Assembly: GCA_963665115.1 (NCBI GenBank)
Contig: OY762007.1
Span: forward strand, 1,120,001 to 1,184,000
Origin: an uncultured Rivularia sp.
Lineage (GTDB): Bacteria > Cyanobacteriota > Cyanobacteriia > Cyanobacteriales > Nostocaceae
DNA length: 64,000 bases
Direction: 5' to 3'
Under the pieces are notes generated by a model. The model saw only the letters and a list, made by a program, of their open reading frames with translations, was not told the origin of the DNA and searched no databases. Numbering within the stretch: position 1 is the first letter of the stretch; each line of letters starts with the position of its first letter. A program made the translations under genes and the position numbers. Below are positions 63,836-64,000 of the stretch, piece after piece.

Positions 63836-64000
63836 TTAAAAGACATTACAAGCGATGCGGAAGCCAACATAATAATGTCCAAAACTTTCGTAATCGACAA
63901 GTTTAAAACGTTTAGCAGAGCGTAAATAGTCAGGATTATCTTTCCAACAACCACCGCGTAATACTCGCTCATTAGAGCCACTATAATTGTGATGAACCCG
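63836..64000 (-). CDS. 3' end of a third FGE-sulfatase gene (runs off the window)
   Basis: The minus strand reads RVLRGGCWKDNPDYLRSAKR...VGFRIACNVF*. Confidence 0.85.
   Translation of the reverse strand, partial: RVHHNYSGSNERVLRGGCWKDNPDYLRSAKRFKLVDYESFGHYYVGFRIACNVF

Noticed and set aside
63772..63981. 69-aa minus-strand ORF from the track
   Set aside because: It is an off-frame overlap of the real FGE-sulfatase 3' end (63836-64000).
59791..64000. A complete diversity-generating retroelement
   Set aside because: No reverse transcriptase, Avd or AAC-rich template repeat is visible in the window.

Overview
AT-rich DNA from a filamentous cyanobacterium, most likely heterocystous (Nostocales-like). 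Evidence: many HIP1 GCGATCGC sites, heptamer STRR arrays, SLH/DUF1565 proteins, an ftn6-like gene and a HetZ-like sigma factor. Housekeeping-type genes (thiE-thiS, ftn6-like) lie among accessory modules. (1) A tandemly duplicated LRR locus includes an LRR-Roc-COR-CHAT protein. (2) A CoaR-like regulator is followed by a cupin and a Cys-repeat lipoprotein. (3) An AAA_35 NTPase pair is divergent from two exported proteins that together resemble a split vitellogenin/MTP-type lipid-transfer module. (4) A tryptophan-supply cluster (flavin amine oxidase, DAHP synthase, trpEG, trpA, trpB, porin, trpD) is flanked by a di-heme peroxidase and a Tat-exported cholesterol-oxidase-like enzyme. (5) A sigma/DUF1822/caspase/heme-HAMP/PhnD/MFS-FHA signalling block follows. 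(6) FGE-sulfatase paralogs surround a GNAT toxin-antitoxin-like pair. The main hidden signal is a bipartite motif, TGCATAA-N14-CC(C/G)(C/G)TA, upstream of at least 6-7 genes in modules 4 and 5, suggesting a regulon of the local sigma factor. About 12 genes carry single +1 frameshifts, probably sequencing errors. Many MITE/REP-like elements and one miniature IS200/IS605 remnant are present. All family calls come from motif recognition by eye, not database searches.
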